Shown here piece by piece: positions 53,473 to 63,862 of a stretch of DNA of 64,000 nucleotides (its first letter is position 1; each line of letters begins with the position of its first letter). The position numbers and the translations under genes were made by a program. The stretch covers positions 64,378 to 128,377 of the forward strand of contig DATIAY010000159.1 of the NCBI GenBank assembly GCA_035457825.1, given 5' to 3'. Source of the stretch: Candidatus Methylomirabilota bacterium (GTDB lineage: Bacteria; Methylomirabilota; Methylomirabilia; Rokubacteriales; CSP1-6). The notes under the pieces were generated by a model, which was not told where the DNA came from, searched no databases, and was given only the letters and a program-made list of their open reading frames with translations.

Positions 53473-55264
53473 CCCGCTGGGCGACTGGCGGCGTTCGCAT
53501 CCCTGCGGCACCCTCCGGCAGGAGCACACCGGGCAAGCGGTGACCCTCATGGGTTGGGCGCATCGGCGACGCGACCACGGCGGTCTCATCTTCGTGGACG
53601 TGCGCGATCGGACCGGCCTCGCCCAGTGTGTGTTCAACCCCGCCACCAGTGGGGCGGCTCACGCCAAGGCCGAAGCGATCCGGAACGAGTTCGTGCTGGC
53701 CGTCCGGGGGGTCGTGCAGCGCCGGCCGGCCGGGACCGAGAATCTCAAGCTGGCGACCGGCGAGGTCGAGGTCCAGGTCAGTGAGCTCCGTGTCCTCAAC
53801 GACGCCCGGGCCCTGCCGTTCCCGATCGAGGACGACGTCGAGATCGATGAGCTGACGCGCCTCACCTACCGGTATCTGGACCTGCGCCGGCCCCGGCTGT
53901 ACCGCAATTTCGCGATCCGGGACGCCGTCTGCCGAGCCACCCGAGCGTACCTGCACCAGCACGGCTTCATCGAGGTGGAGACGCCCTTCCTCATCCGCAC
54001 CACGCCGGAGGGCGCCCGCGACTTCCTGGTGCCGAGCCGTCTCAATCGCGGCAGCTTCTACGCCCTGGCCCAGTCCCCCCAGCTCTTCAAGCAGCTGCTC
54101 ATGGTGAGTGGGTTCGAGCGGTACTTCCAGATCGTGCGCTGCTTTCGGGACGAAGACACCCGCGGGGACCGCCAGGCCGAGTTCACCCAGATCGATCTCG
54201 AGGCATCGTTCGTCGATCGCGACGACATCCTCGCGCTCGTGGAGGGGCTCGTCGCCGAGATCCTGGGGCAGGTCCGGGGCATGGAGGTGGCGCGGCCCTT
54301 CCCCCGGCTCACGTACGCGGAGGCCATGGCCCGCTTCGGGTCCGACAAGCCCGACCTGCGCTTTGACCTCGAGCTCGTGGACCTCACGCCCCTATTCCGC
54401 GGGGGAGAGTTCCAGGCGTTCGCCCAGGTCGCCGCCTCCGGCGGCGTGGTGAAGGCCCTGCGGATTCCCGGTGCCGGCGGGTTGAGCCGCAAGGAGGCTG
54501 ACGAGCTGGTCAGCACGGCCAAGACGTGGGGAGCCAAGGGGCTCGTGTGGGTCAAGGTCACCGCCAGCGGTTTCCAGTCGCCGGTAGCCCGGTTTCTCGA
54601 GCCCGTCCGCGGCGCGCTGCTCGAGGCCCTGGGCGCGAGTGACGGCGACCTGTTGTTGCTGGTGGGCGACGTGCGGCCCACGGCGGAGACCGTGCTGGGG
54701 CGGTTCCGCGTGGAGCTGGCCGAGCGGCACGGGCTGATCCCGGCCGCCCGCGCCGCGGTCCTCTGGGTCCTGGACTTTCCTCTGCTGGAATGGAGCGAGG
54801 AAGAGCGGCGCTGGCAGGCCATGCACCATCCCTTCACCGCACCGCGCGACGCGGATCTGGCGCGTCTGGAGTCAGAGCCCGGCGCGGTCCTGGCCAAGGC
54901 CTACGATCTCGTGCTCAACGGCCAGGAAATCGGCGGCGGCAGTATCCGCATTCACCAGCAAGCGGTGCAGCAGCGGGTGTTCCAGCTGCTCGGTATCGAC
55001 AAGGAAGAGGCTCGGGCGAAGTTCGGGTTCCTGCTGGACGCGCTGGAGTTCGGCGCGCCCCCGATGGGAGGGATCGCCTTCGGCCTCGACCGCCTGGCCG
55101 CCATCCTGGCCGGCGAGGACTCGATCCGCGAGGTCATCGCCTTTCCCAAGACGCAGAAGGGTGTCGATCCGATGACGAACGCTCCCGCCCCGGCGAGCCC
55201 GGCCCAGCTCCAGGAGCTCGGCATCGCCGTGATAGACTTGGAAAGGAACGACAAGCGGAGTTGA
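53465..55264 (+). CDS. aspS: Aspartate--tRNA ligase
   Basis: OB-fold N-terminus (VTLMGWAHRRRDHGGLIFVDVRDRTG), FRDEDTRGDRQAEFTQID, and GGGSIRIH...GGIAFGLDRL. The ATG at 53465 overlaps the hisS end. Confidence 0.93.
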   Translation: MSDPLGDWRRSHPCGTLRQEHTGQAVTLMGWAHRRRDHGGLIFVDVRDRTGLAQCVFNPATSGAAHAKAEAIRNEFVLAVRGVVQRRPAGTENLKLATGEVEVQVSELRVLNDARALPFPIEDDVEIDELTRLTYRYLDLRRPRLYRNFAIRDAVCRATRAYLHQHGFIEVETPFLIRTTPEGARDFLVPSRLNRGSFYALAQSPQLFKQLLMVSGFERYFQIVRCFRDEDTRGDRQAEFTQIDLEASFVDRDDILALVEGLVAEILGQVRGMEVARPFPRLTYAEAMARFGSDKPDLRFDLELVDLTPLFRGGEFQAFAQVAASGGVVKALRIPGAGGLSRKEADELVSTAKTWGAKGLVWVKVTASGFQSPVARFLEPVRGALLEALGASDGDLLLLVGDVRPTAETVLGRFRVELAERHGLIPAARAAVLWVLDFPLLEWSEEERRWQAMHHPFTAPRDADLARLESEPGAVLAKAYDLVLNGQEIGGGSIRIHQQAVQQRVFQLLGIDKEEARAKFGFLLDALEFGAPPMGGIAFGLDRLAAILAGEDSIREVIAFPKTQKGVDPMTNAPAPASPAQLQELGIAVIDLERNDKRS

Positions 55265-56262
55265 ACGAAGCCACCATCGTCACCCGACGCATCGCGCTGG
55301 CCCCGGACGTCGATCTCCTGCCGCTCCTGGGTCGCAACGACGATCATCTCCGCATGATGGAAAGCGCGCTGGACGTTCGCATCGTGGCCCGGGGCCACGA
55401 CGTCATGCTCAAGGGCGAGGAGCGGCAGGTCCGCAAGGCCGAGCGGGCCCTGACCCAGCTGGCCGACCTGGTGCGCTCGGGGGCGCCGGTACGCAGCATC
55501 GAGGTCCGAGCCGCCATGCGCATGCTCGCCGACGACGAGGAGGCCGACCTCAAGTCGGTGTTCGCCGATGCCATTCCCGTTCCCTCCCGCAAGAAGTGGG
55601 TGACCCCCAAAACGCTGGGGCAGAAGCGCTACGTCGAAGCTATCCGGTCTACCGACATGGTCTTTGCCATCGGGCCCGCCGGCACCGGCAAGTCGTTCCT
55701 GGCGGTGGCCATGGCCGTGTCGGCGCTCATGAAGCGGGAGGTGGCGCGCATCGTGCTCACCCGCCCGGCGGTGGAGGCCGGCGAGCGATTGGGATTCCTG
55801 CCCGGCGACCTCTACGAGAAGGTGCATCCCTACCTGCGCCCCCTCTACGATGCCCTCTACGACATGCTGGAGGCGGAGAAGGTGGCCAGCTTGATGGAGA
55901 AGGGCGCGATCGAGATCGCGCCGCTGGCCTACATGCGCGGGCGCACGCTCAACGACTCCTTCATCATCCTCGACGAGGCCCAGAACAGCACTGCCGAGCA
56001 GATGAAGATGTTCCTGACCCGCTTGGGTTTCAATTCGAAGATGGTCATCACCGGGGACATCACCCAGGTCGACCTCCCCGCCTCGCGCGGGTCCGGCCTC
56101 ATCGAGGTGCAGAGCATCCTCAAGGACGTTCAAGGCATCCGCTTCGTGTATTTCGACGACCAGGACGTGGTGCGACATCATCTGGTGTCGGCCATCGTCC
56201 GCGCCTACGATGCCTACAGCGTGCGGTCCCGCAACGACGGTGCCGGGTCCGGCCAGCCCTAG
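55261..56262 (+). CDS. PhoH/YbeZ-like ATPase
   Basis: Walker A GPAGTGKSFLAV and Walker B FIILDEAQN. The TTG start overlaps the aspS stop. The N-terminus aligns by eye with E. coli YbeZ. Confidence 0.88.
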   Translation: MNEATIVTRRIALAPDVDLLPLLGRNDDHLRMMESALDVRIVARGHDVMLKGEERQVRKAERALTQLADLVRSGAPVRSIEVRAAMRMLADDEEADLKSVFADAIPVPSRKKWVTPKTLGQKRYVEAIRSTDMVFAIGPAGTGKSFLAVAMAVSALMKREVARIVLTRPAVEAGERLGFLPGDLYEKVHPYLRPLYDALYDMLEAEKVASLMEKGAIEIAPLAYMRGRTLNDSFIILDEAQNSTAEQMKMFLTRLGFNSKMVITGDITQVDLPASRGSGLIEVQSILKDVQGIRFVYFDDQDVVRHHLVSAIVRAYDAYSVRSRNDGAGSGQP

Positions 56263-56265
56263 TCG

Positions 56266-56727
56266 GTGCCGTGCGTGATCTCGAACCGCCAGCATGCCGT
56301 CCCCGTTTCCCCGCGGTATCTCGCCCGTGCCGCTGAGCGGACGTTGGTGGCGCTGGGGCGGACCGGCGCGAGGATCGAAGTCGCCCTGGTGGATGATGGC
56401 GAGATCCGAAGGCTCAATCGCGCCTGGCGAGGAGTGAGCCGCCGGACGGACGTCCTGGCCTTCCCCCTGGAGACACTCGAGATCGGGGGGCTGGTGGGCG
56501 AGGTGTTGATCTCGGCCGAGACGGCTGCGCGTCAGGCCCGATGCCTCGGGGTGCCCGTGGCTGCCGAGCTCGAGCTTCTTGTCACCCATGGGGTGCTGCA
56601 CCTGGCGGGTTACGATGATCGCGATCCCGTAGAGGCGGGGCTCATGCACGAGCGCGAGCGCCAGATCCTTCGCTCGCGCGGGCGACGGGTGCCGGCGCGA
56701 CTCTGGAAGGGACTCCTGCGGGCATGA
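56266..56727 (+). CDS. ybeY: rRNA maturation RNase YbeY
   Basis: HGVLHLAGYDD metal-binding motif, 153 aa, in the conserved phoH-ybeY-era order. Confidence 0.9.
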   Translation: MPCVISNRQHAVPVSPRYLARAAERTLVALGRTGARIEVALVDDGEIRRLNRAWRGVSRRTDVLAFPLETLEIGGLVGEVLISAETAARQARCLGVPVAAELELLVTHGVLHLAGYDDRDPVEAGLMHERERQILRSRGRRVPARLWKGLLRA

Positions 56728-57692
56728 AGACGTCTGCTCGAGCACGGGCTTTGCCCGTGCAATCCTTGCTGGGGGAGGCCGAGCGAAAGCCCCCCTTCGG
56801 GTTCAAAGCCGGGTTCGTTGCGCTGATCGGGCGACCCAACGCCGGCAAATCGACACTCCTGAATCGTCTCGTGGGGGAGAAGCTGGCCATCGTCACCCCG
56901 CGGCCGCAGACCACCCGCAACAGGATCACCGGGGTCAAGAACCTTCCCGGGGCCCAGATCGTCTTCGTCGATACCCCGGGCCTCAACCCGGCAGGCGGGA
57001 AGCTGGGAGAGTTCATGCGCAGGACGGTGGAGCGGGCGCTGGAGGATGTCGATCTGATCTGCGCCGTCGTGGACGCCACCGAGCGGACGCATCCCGACCC
57101 GCTCCTGCTCGCTACGCTCGAGGCTCGCTCGACGCCGGTGTTCTGCCTGCTCAACAAGGCCGACGCGGTGCAGCCCAAGAGCCGGCTGCTTGGGGTCATC
57201 GAGGCCTGGCAAAGCCACCACGCGTTCTCAGAGATCCTGCCGATCTCCGCGCTGGACGGCACCAACTGCGACCGCCTGACCGAGCTGATCGTGCGAGCCA
57301 TGCCCAAGCATCCGGCCTTTTTTCCCGGCGATACCGCCACCGATCAGCCGGAAACCTTCTACGTGGCCGAGATGATCCGTGAGAAGGTGTTCTTGTTGAC
57401 GCGGGACGAGGTCCCCTATGCGGTGGCCGTGCGCGTGGACGAGCTCATCGAAGTCCAGGCGCCGCCGCGGCTCGATATCCGAGCTACCATCTTCGTCGAA
57501 CGGGATTCTCAGAAGGGTATCCTCATCGGCAAGGGCGGGAGCCTGCTCAAGCGGATCGGGACAGCGGCGCGGCGCGACCTGGAAGCATTTTTCGGAATTC
57601 AGGTCTTCCTGGGGCTGACGGTCCAGGTGCGCCACCGCTGGCGCAAGGACGACCGCGCGCTCCGCGAGTTCGGGTTCCGGCTCACTTCCTGA
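56724..57692 (+). CDS. era: GTPase Era
   Basis: [20 protein letters not shown] and a C-terminal KH domain (KGILIGKGGSLLKRIG). ATGA overlap with ybeY. Confidence 0.92.
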   Translation: MKTSARARALPVQSLLGEAERKPPFGFKAGFVALIGRPNAGKSTLLNRLVGEKLAIVTPRPQTTRNRITGVKNLPGAQIVFVDTPGLNPAGGKLGEFMRRTVERALEDVDLICAVVDATERTHPDPLLLATLEARSTPVFCLLNKADAVQPKSRLLGVIEAWQSHHAFSEILPISALDGTNCDRLTELIVRAMPKHPAFFPGDTATDQPETFYVAEMIREKVFLLTRDEVPYAVAVRVDELIEVQAPPRLDIRATIFVERDSQKGILIGKGGSLLKRIGTAARRDLEAFFGIQVFLGLTVQVRHRWRKDDRALREFGFRLTS

Positions 57693-57693
57693 A

Positions 57694-58482
57694 ATGGCCC
57701 TCGGCAAGGCCACCGCCGTCGTGATCGGCAGCTTCCCCCTGGGCGAGAGCGATCGGGTGGTCACCTTCTTCTCGCGTGAACGGGGGAAGATCCGCGGCGT
57801 GGCCAGGGCCGCCCGTCGGATGAGGTCGCGCTTCAGCGGGGCCCTGGAGCTGCTCACGCTCGGCCACCTCGTCTTTTTCGACGCGGGGCGGAGCGACCTC
57901 GTGCAGGTCGACCACTTCGACGTGATCCATCCGTTCGGTGGGGTCCGTGAGGATCTGGAGCGACTGATCCAGGCCGCCTGGATGGCCGAATGCGTGGGAC
58001 GGCTCACGGCCGATCGCGACCCCAACGCGGCCGTCTACGGTCTACTGCTCCGGGGGCTCAAGAGCATGGAGCTAGGGGCTCCGCCGCGGCGGGTCGCCGT
58101 CGTCTTCGGCCTTCGATGCGTGGAGGCGCTTGGCCACCGTCTCCGGATCGACAGCTGCGTATTGTGTGGCCGGCGCCGACCGGCCGAGCGGGGACCGGTG
58201 GCCCTGGATGTGGAGGCGGGGGGCACCATCTGCCCCGGCTGCGCGACCGGAGCCGATCTGCTGCTACACGTGGATGCCGGTAGCCTGGCGCTGCTCCGCC
58301 GGCTGCGGGGCCTGAGCTGGGAGGAGGCGACCGGGACTCGGCTGGGCCGCGCGGAGCGCGAGCTGCGGGAACTCCTCGAGCGTCAGGTCGGCGGGCTCAT
58401 CGGCCAGCCGACCCGAACCTCCCGTTTTGTCCGCGAGATCGAGCGATTTTCGCCTACGCTGGGAGTCAGAGACCGCCTGTGA
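57694..58482 (+). CDS. recO: DNA repair protein RecO
   Basis: OB-fold N-terminus and a zinc motif (CVLCG...CPGC), 262 aa, downstream of era. Confidence 0.88.
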   Translation: MALGKATAVVIGSFPLGESDRVVTFFSRERGKIRGVARAARRMRSRFSGALELLTLGHLVFFDAGRSDLVQVDHFDVIHPFGGVREDLERLIQAAWMAECVGRLTADRDPNAAVYGLLLRGLKSMELGAPPRRVAVVFGLRCVEALGHRLRIDSCVLCGRRRPAERGPVALDVEAGGTICPGCATGADLLLHVDAGSLALLRRLRGLSWEEATGTRLGRAERELRELLERQVGGLIGQPTRTSRFVREIERFSPTLGVRDRL

Positions 58483-58501
58483 AACGTTCTCCTGCGAGCC
58501 G

Positions 58502-58535
58502 GCGAGGTGAGCCTGTGAGCGAGGTGACCCTGTGA
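58502..58535 (+). repeat. Tandem 17-nt duplication carrying an SD-like GAGGTGA
   Basis: GCGAGGTGAGCCTGTGA followed by GCGAGGTGACCCTGTGA, with one mismatch. Located directly upstream of the glyQS ATG. Confidence 0.7.
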
Positions 58536-58537
58536 AT

Positions 58538-60019
58538 ATGGACGCGCTCGTATCGCTGTGCAAACGCCGGGGCTTCATCTTCCAGTCCAGCGAGATCTAC
58601 GGTGGCACCGGGTCTTGCTGGGACTACGGGCCCCTCGGCGTGGCGCTCAAGAACAACATCAAGCGCGCCTGGTGGCGCGACAACATCCAGCTCCGCGCCG
58701 ATATGGTCGGGCTCGACGCCTCGATCCTCATGCATGCGATGGTGTGGAAGGCCAGCGGCCACTTGGATCACTTCACCGACCCCATGGTCGACTGCAAGGA
58801 ATGCCGGCGCCGTTTCCGCGCCGACAAGCTGGAGGAGCAGGCCTGGGTCCACTACTGCCCGGCGACCAGGGGCAACCGCTTCGAGATCCCTGCCGGCGAG
58901 CCCTGCAAGCACTGCGGCACCCGGCGCGCCCTCTGTCCGGAGTGCGGCAAAGGCGAGCTCACTCCGCCGCGGCAGTTCAACTTGATGTTCAAGACGTTTA
59001 TGGGTCCCGTGGAAGAGGACGCCGCGGTGACCTACCTCCGGCCGGAGACCGCCCAGGGCATCTTCGTGAACTTCGAGAATGTGCAGCAATCCATGCGGCT
59101 GAAGCTGCCCTTCGGCATCGGCCAGATCGGCAAGGCCTTCCGCAACGAGATCACCCCCGGTAACTTCATCTTTCGGACGCGTGAGTTCGAGCAGATGGAG
59201 ATCGAGTACTTCGTCAATCCCCAGGAACTCATCGACGGGCGGCCGGCCGACGAGGTCTGGCACGATCGGTGGATCGCGGACCGGCTGGCCTGGTATGAGC
59301 GTTACGGCATCCGCCCGGAGAATCTGCGTTTGCGCGAGCACGAGAAGGACGAGCTGGCCCACTACGCCAAGCGCACCGCCGACATCGAGTACAAGTTCCC
59401 GATGGGGTGGAGCGAGCTGGAGGGTATTGCCAACCGGACCGATTTCGACCTTCGCCAGCATGCGCAGTTCAGCGGCAAAGCGCTCACGTACTACGACGAG
59501 GAGCGCAAGACTCACGTCGTTCCCTACGTGATCGAGCCTTCCGCGGGAGCGGACCGCAGCCTCCTGGCCTTCCTCGTCGATGCCTACCGTGAGGAGGAGG
59601 TGCGCGGCGAGAAGCGGGTCGTCCTCCGCCTGCACCGGGACCTGGCCCCGACCAAGATTGCCGTGCTGCCGCTGCTCAAGAAGCGCGAGGAGATCGTGGT
59701 CCTGGCCAAGCAACTCCGCGATCGCCTGGCCCGGCAGTGGCCAGCCGTTTATGACGACACCGCGGCCATCGGTCGGCTCTACCGGCGGCAGGACGAGGTC
59801 GGTACCGCGTACTGCGTCACCGTCGACGTGCAGACCGTGGGGGACTCCGGGCGTGGGGAGGCCGGCGACCAGCGGGTCACCATCCGGGAGCGCGACTCGA
59901 TGGAGCAGGTGCGGGTACCCCTTGCCGAGCTGCCCGCGGTCTTCGGGCGCCTGCTGGGTGAATCGGCGTGGGCGGACGTAGCTCGCGAATACCCCCGGGT
60001 GGGGGACGACCGGTCCTAA
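58538..60019 (+). CDS. glyQS: Glycine--tRNA ligase (class II, dimeric GlyQS type)
   Basis: [17 protein letters not shown]...[32 protein letters not shown], and SAGADRS. The alternative GTG at 58532 is also possible. Confidence 0.92.
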   Translation: MDALVSLCKRRGFIFQSSEIYGGTGSCWDYGPLGVALKNNIKRAWWRDNIQLRADMVGLDASILMHAMVWKASGHLDHFTDPMVDCKECRRRFRADKLEEQAWVHYCPATRGNRFEIPAGEPCKHCGTRRALCPECGKGELTPPRQFNLMFKTFMGPVEEDAAVTYLRPETAQGIFVNFENVQQSMRLKLPFGIGQIGKAFRNEITPGNFIFRTREFEQMEIEYFVNPQELIDGRPADEVWHDRWIADRLAWYERYGIRPENLRLREHEKDELAHYAKRTADIEYKFPMGWSELEGIANRTDFDLRQHAQFSGKALTYYDEERKTHVVPYVIEPSAGADRSLLAFLVDAYREEEVRGEKRVVLRLHRDLAPTKIAVLPLLKKREEIVVLAKQLRDRLARQWPAVYDDTAAIGRLYRRQDEVGTAYCVTVDVQTVGDSGRGEAGDQRVTIRERDSMEQVRVPLAELPAVFGRLLGESAWADVAREYPRVGDDRS

Positions 60020-62280
60020 CGAGGCTCCCGGACGGTCCCGCTCGGCGCGGGTAGCTCCGACTCGGACCCCCGGACACCAGGCGGTGACGCCGGGACGCTC
60101 GGCGCTGACCATCCCGGGGCCGGAGGCGGTGGAAGCGGTGCGGGGCCGGGAGCGTCAGACGATCCATGCAGTGGCCCGGCGGAGGGCGCGACGCCGGGAG
60201 CGACCGGCGCCGACTCCGGAACCAGCGGCGGAAGTGGTGCGGACGTAGGAGGTGTGATCGCCTCGCGCCGGACACCGCAGGGGAGTTCGGGTTCGGTGCC
60301 CCTGACAAATGCCATCGTCACGACCTTCACACACTCGTTGGATGGGTCGAGGTCAACCGGCACCATCGCCACGCGCTCGGGCACCGGGAAGTCCTCCTTG
60401 GGGTCCTTGCCGACTACCTGCTGCATGTACGAGGTCCAGATGGGCACAGCCACCCGCGAGCCTGTCTCGTCGCGGCCCAGGCTGCGGGGCCGATCGTAGC
60501 CGACCCACACTCCCGTTGCCAGGCGCGGCGTGAAGCCGATGAACCAGGCGTTGGAGTAGTCGTTCGTCGTCCCCGTCTTGGCGGCGATGGGCCGGTTCAG
60601 CGTCCGGGCGCCCTGACCGGTGCCGCGATCCACCACGCCCTTCAACATGTGGGTGATGATGTAGGCGAGCTCGGGCGAGACGGCCTCCTTGCCTTCGGGG
60701 ACATGCTCCTCGAGGAGCCTTCCCTCGGCGTCCGTCACGTAGCGGATTGCCGTGGGCGGCAACCAGGTGCCCTGGTTGGCGAAGGCGCTGTAGGCTGACG
60801 TCAGCTCGAGCAGGGAGAGGTCGGAGGTGCCCAGTGCGAGGGTCAGGTCGGCGGTGAGCGGGCTCGTGATCCCGAAGCGACGGGCGACCTGAATGGTTCG
60901 GTTCACGCCCAGGCGCTCCTGCAGCTTGATCGTCACCACGTTGACCGAGTCCTCGACAGCCTGCTGCAGGGTGGTGGGACCGCGGAATTGGCGGTCGTAG
61001 TTCTCCGGCCTCCAGGCGGTGCCATTGCGTCCGATCGGGTAGGTCACCGGCGAGTCCTCGATGATGCTCGCCGGCGTAAAGCCCGCCTCCAGCGCCGCGA
61101 TGTACACGAAGGGCTTGAACGCCGAGCCGGGCTGGCGCCGGGCCAGGACGGCGCGGTTGAACTCGCTCCGGGAGAAATCGTAGCCCCCGACCATGGCCTT
61201 CACGTAGCCGGTCTGAGGCTCGATCGTGACCAGCGCCCCCTCTGGATGCTCGCCGGGCTTTCCCCGGCTGGTACGAGTTTCCAGTGACTTCAGGCCGTCG
61301 CGCATGGCTTGCTCGGCGGCCAGCTGCATCCAGGGGTTCAGCGTGGTGTAGACGTTCAAGCCGCCCTTGAAGACCAGATCGGCGCCGTAGCGGGTCTCCA
61401 GGACACCCTGGACGTACTCGAGGAAGTACTGGCCGGTCGTCCGCCGGCGCTCGGGTGGGATGAGCCCGAGGTCGGTGCGGGCCAGCCGCTGCGCCTCGGC
61501 TTCCTTGATCGTGCCGTACTCGGCCATACGCCGTAGCACGGTCTCTCGGCGCTGCTTGGCGGCGTCCGGATGCTCGAAGGGTGAATAGCTCGTGGGAGCG
61601 CGGGGCAGGCCGCCGAGCAGGGCCGCCTCGCGAACGTCGAGTTCCGTCACGGACTTGCCGAAGTACGTCCGAGCCGCCGCCTCGACGCCGAAGGCCCCGT
61701 GCCCGAAGTACACCTGGTTGAGATACATCTCGAGGATGCGGTCCTTGGAGTAGCGGCGCTCCAGCTCGAGCGCCAGCACGGCCTCCTTCAGCTTCCGCTC
61801 CAGGCTCTTGTCGGGGGTGAGAAAAAGCACCTTGGTGAGCTGCTGGGTGATGGTGCTGCCACCCTCGACGATCCGTCCCCGACGGTAGTTCTGGACGATG
61901 GCCCGGGCGATCCCGATGGGATCCAGGCCCCAGTGGGAGTAAAAGCGGTGGTCTTCGGTGGCGATGACGGCCTCGCGCAGGGTGTGGGGAACCTGGGCGA
62001 TGGGGACGAAGATCCGGCGCTCGGCGTGCAGTTCGGTGATGAGGTCGTCATTGTCGTCGTAGATCCGGGTGCCCAGTACCGGCTGGAAGTTTTCCAGCGC
62101 GCTCACGGGAGGCAGGGAGCGCGGGAGAATCATGAATGCCCACAGCGTCGCAGCAGCCAGGCCGGCACCGAACAGCAGGGTGAGCACGCCGACCGCGAGA
62201 AGGAGTCGCCGCAGCCACCGCCGGGCTCGTGCCGGGCCCCCAGCCTGGACGGTCTTACGCCTCAGCCACGACATGTGCAC
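60016..62280 (-). CDS. Penicillin-binding protein 1A family (bifunctional transglycosylase/transpeptidase)
   Basis: GT51 motifs ([23 protein letters not shown]), transpeptidase motifs (RQPGSAFKP, SxN region, KTGTTN), and a roughly 100-aa Pro-rich tail. The start is either the GTG at 62280 or the ATG at 62274. Confidence 0.9.
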   Translation of the reverse strand: MHMSWLRRKTVQAGGPARARRWLRRLLLAVGVLTLLFGAGLAAATLWAFMILPRSLPPVSALENFQPVLGTRIYDDNDDLITELHAERRIFVPIAQVPHTLREAVIATEDHRFYSHWGLDPIGIARAIVQNYRRGRIVEGGSTITQQLTKVLFLTPDKSLERKLKEAVLALELERRYSKDRILEMYLNQVYFGHGAFGVEAAARTYFGKSVTELDVREAALLGGLPRAPTSYSPFEHPDAAKQRRETVLRRMAEYGTIKEAEAQRLARTDLGLIPPERRRTTGQYFLEYVQGVLETRYGADLVFKGGLNVYTTLNPWMQLAAEQAMRDGLKSLETRTSRGKPGEHPEGALVTIEPQTGYVKAMVGGYDFSRSEFNRAVLARRQPGSAFKPFVYIAALEAGFTPASIIEDSPVTYPIGRNGTAWRPENYDRQFRGPTTLQQAVEDSVNVVTIKLQERLGVNRTIQVARRFGITSPLTADLTLALGTSDLSLLELTSAYSAFANQGTWLPPTAIRYVTDAEGRLLEEHVPEGKEAVSPELAYIITHMLKGVVDRGTGQGARTLNRPIAAKTGTTNDYSNAWFIGFTPRLATGVWVGYDRPRSLGRDETGSRVAVPIWTSYMQQVVGKDPKEDFPVPERVAMVPVDLDPSNECVKVVTMAFVRGTEPELPCGVRREAITPPTSAPLPPLVPESAPVAPGVAPSAGPLHGSSDAPGPAPLPPPPAPGWSAPSVPASPPGVRGSESELPAPSGTVREPR

Positions 62281-62283
62281 TCC

Positions 62284-62289
62284 ATTATA
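62284..62289 (-). promoter_or_regulatory. Candidate -10 box (TATAAT) abutting the PBP1A start
   Basis: The reverse complement of attata is a perfect TATAAT, 9 nt upstream of the ATG at 62274. No clear -35. Confidence 0.3.
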
Positions 62290-62358
62290 CTGACACGTAT
62301 ACCGACACGCGCCGTTCCGGATACGTCTTGAGACCGTCGCCTGATCGGGCGGGCTCGG

Positions 62359-62367
62359 TGCGATAAT
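62359..62367 (+). promoter_or_regulatory. Candidate extended -10 promoter of tyrS
   Basis: TGcGATAAT, ending 11 nt before the tyrS ATG at 62379. Confidence 0.35.
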
Positions 62368-62378
62368 GCCTCCGGCTC

Positions 62379-63680
62379 ATGCGGAGTTCCAAGTTCCTTC
62401 GGGACCTCGAGGCGCGTGGACTCGTGGCCGATGTGACCGGCCGCGAGGAGCTGGAGGCGCATCTTGGGCAAGGCTCGCGTGTTGTCTACTGCGGCTTCGA
62501 TCCGACCGCGGACAGCCTGCACATCGGCAGCCTGTTGCCCCTGCTGGCGCTGCGCCGTTTCCAGCTCGCCGACCACCGTCCCATTGTTCTGATCGGCGGC
62601 GGCACCGGTCTCATCGGCGATCCGAGCGGCAAGACGGGCGAGCGTCCTTTGAACCCGGCGGACCAGGTCGAGGCCTGGGCCGGGCGTCTCAAGCGGCAGG
62701 TGGCTCGGTTCCTCGACTTCGAGGCAGGCGCGGGCGGGGCCAGGCTGCTCGACAACTTCACCTGGCTATCCCGGCTCGACGTGATCGCGTTCCTGCGCGA
62801 CGTGGGTAAGGAGTTTCCCGTGGGAGCCATGTTGGCCCGGGAGTCGGTGCGGTCGCGGCTGGGGCGTGCGGAGGTGGGCCTCTCGTACACCGAGTTCAGC
62901 TACCAGATACTCCAGGCCTACGACTTCCTCGAGCTCTGGCGGGCGGAGGGATGCACGCTCCAGATCGGCGGCGCCGATCAGTGGGGCAATATCACGGCCG
63001 GCATCGAGCTGATCCGCCGCAAGACGGGCGGCACGGCGTTCGGGTTGACCCTCCCCCTGGTGACCCGGAGCGACGGCGGCAAGTTCGGCAAGACCGAGGC
63101 CGGGACCGTGTGGTTGGATGCCGCCAAGACCTCGGCGTACGAGATGTACCAGTTCTGGCTCAACACCGCAGACGCCGATGTGGACCGCTTCCTCAAGTAC
63201 TTCACGTTCCTGTCGCTCGACGAGATCGCGGACCTGAGCGAAGCCACGGCTCGGGCGCCCGAGAAGCGGGCCGCCCAGCGGGTACTCGCGCGGGAGGCGA
63301 CGCGCCTCATCCATGGCGAGGGGGGCCTGCGGGAGGCCGAGGCCATAACCGAAGCCCTGTTCACCGGCGACGTCGCCGCGCTGACCGAAGAGCAGTTGGC
63401 CCAGGCCTTCCGTGAGGTGCCGACGACCCGGTTCGCGAGCCAGGCTGGGCTGACCCTGATGGATGTGCTCCTGCGCACGGGGCTGGCCGCGTCCCGGCGA
63501 GCCGGCCGTGAGCTGCTGGCCAACGGGGCAATCGTGGTGAACGGGCGGCGAGTCACCGACCCCGCCGCAGCAGTCTCCCCCGATGTCGCGCTCCACGGGA
63601 GATATCTGGTTCTCCGGAAAGGCAAGCGGACGTATCATCTCGTGACCATCGGCAATGAGGTCGGCGCCGGAGGAGAATGA
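62379..63680 (+). CDS. tyrS: Tyrosine--tRNA ligase
   Basis: YCGFDPTADSLHIGSL (HIGH region), KFGKTEAG (KMSKS region), and a C-terminal S4-like domain. Confidence 0.93.
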   Translation: MRSSKFLRDLEARGLVADVTGREELEAHLGQGSRVVYCGFDPTADSLHIGSLLPLLALRRFQLADHRPIVLIGGGTGLIGDPSGKTGERPLNPADQVEAWAGRLKRQVARFLDFEAGAGGARLLDNFTWLSRLDVIAFLRDVGKEFPVGAMLARESVRSRLGRAEVGLSYTEFSYQILQAYDFLELWRAEGCTLQIGGADQWGNITAGIELIRRKTGGTAFGLTLPLVTRSDGGKFGKTEAGTVWLDAAKTSAYEMYQFWLNTADADVDRFLKYFTFLSLDEIADLSEATARAPEKRAAQRVLAREATRLIHGEGGLREAEAITEALFTGDVAALTEEQLAQAFREVPTTRFASQAGLTLMDVLLRTGLAASRRAGRELLANGAIVVNGRRVTDPAAAVSPDVALHGRYLVLRKGKRTYHLVTIGNEVGAGGE

Positions 63681-63753
63681 CCGGCTCTGCGGCTCGAGCC
63701 CGGCGCATCGTTCCCGGCCCCGGGCGGTGACCAAAAGCCACCCACCGAGAAGC

Positions 63754-63782
63754 TTGACAGGCCGGTCCCCCATGCGTATAGT
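63754..63782 (+). promoter_or_regulatory. Strong sigma70 promoter, probably of an rRNA operon
   Basis: Perfect TTGACA (63754-63759), 17-nt spacer, TATAGT (63777-63782). It is followed by over 200 nt of non-coding, lower-GC leader running to the window edge. Confidence 0.65.
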
Positions 63783-63850
63783 GACATTTCGCTCGTAGTT
63801 GAGCGACGGTTTAGCAGTCACATCCGGTCACCTTCCAAGCTGACCGTAGG

Positions 63851-63862
63851 GCTCTTTGAAAG
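63851..63862 (+). promoter_or_regulatory. boxA-like antitermination element in the leader
   Basis: GCTCTTTGAAAG compared with the boxA consensus GCTCTTTAACAA, about 65 nt downstream of the predicted start site. Confidence 0.4.
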
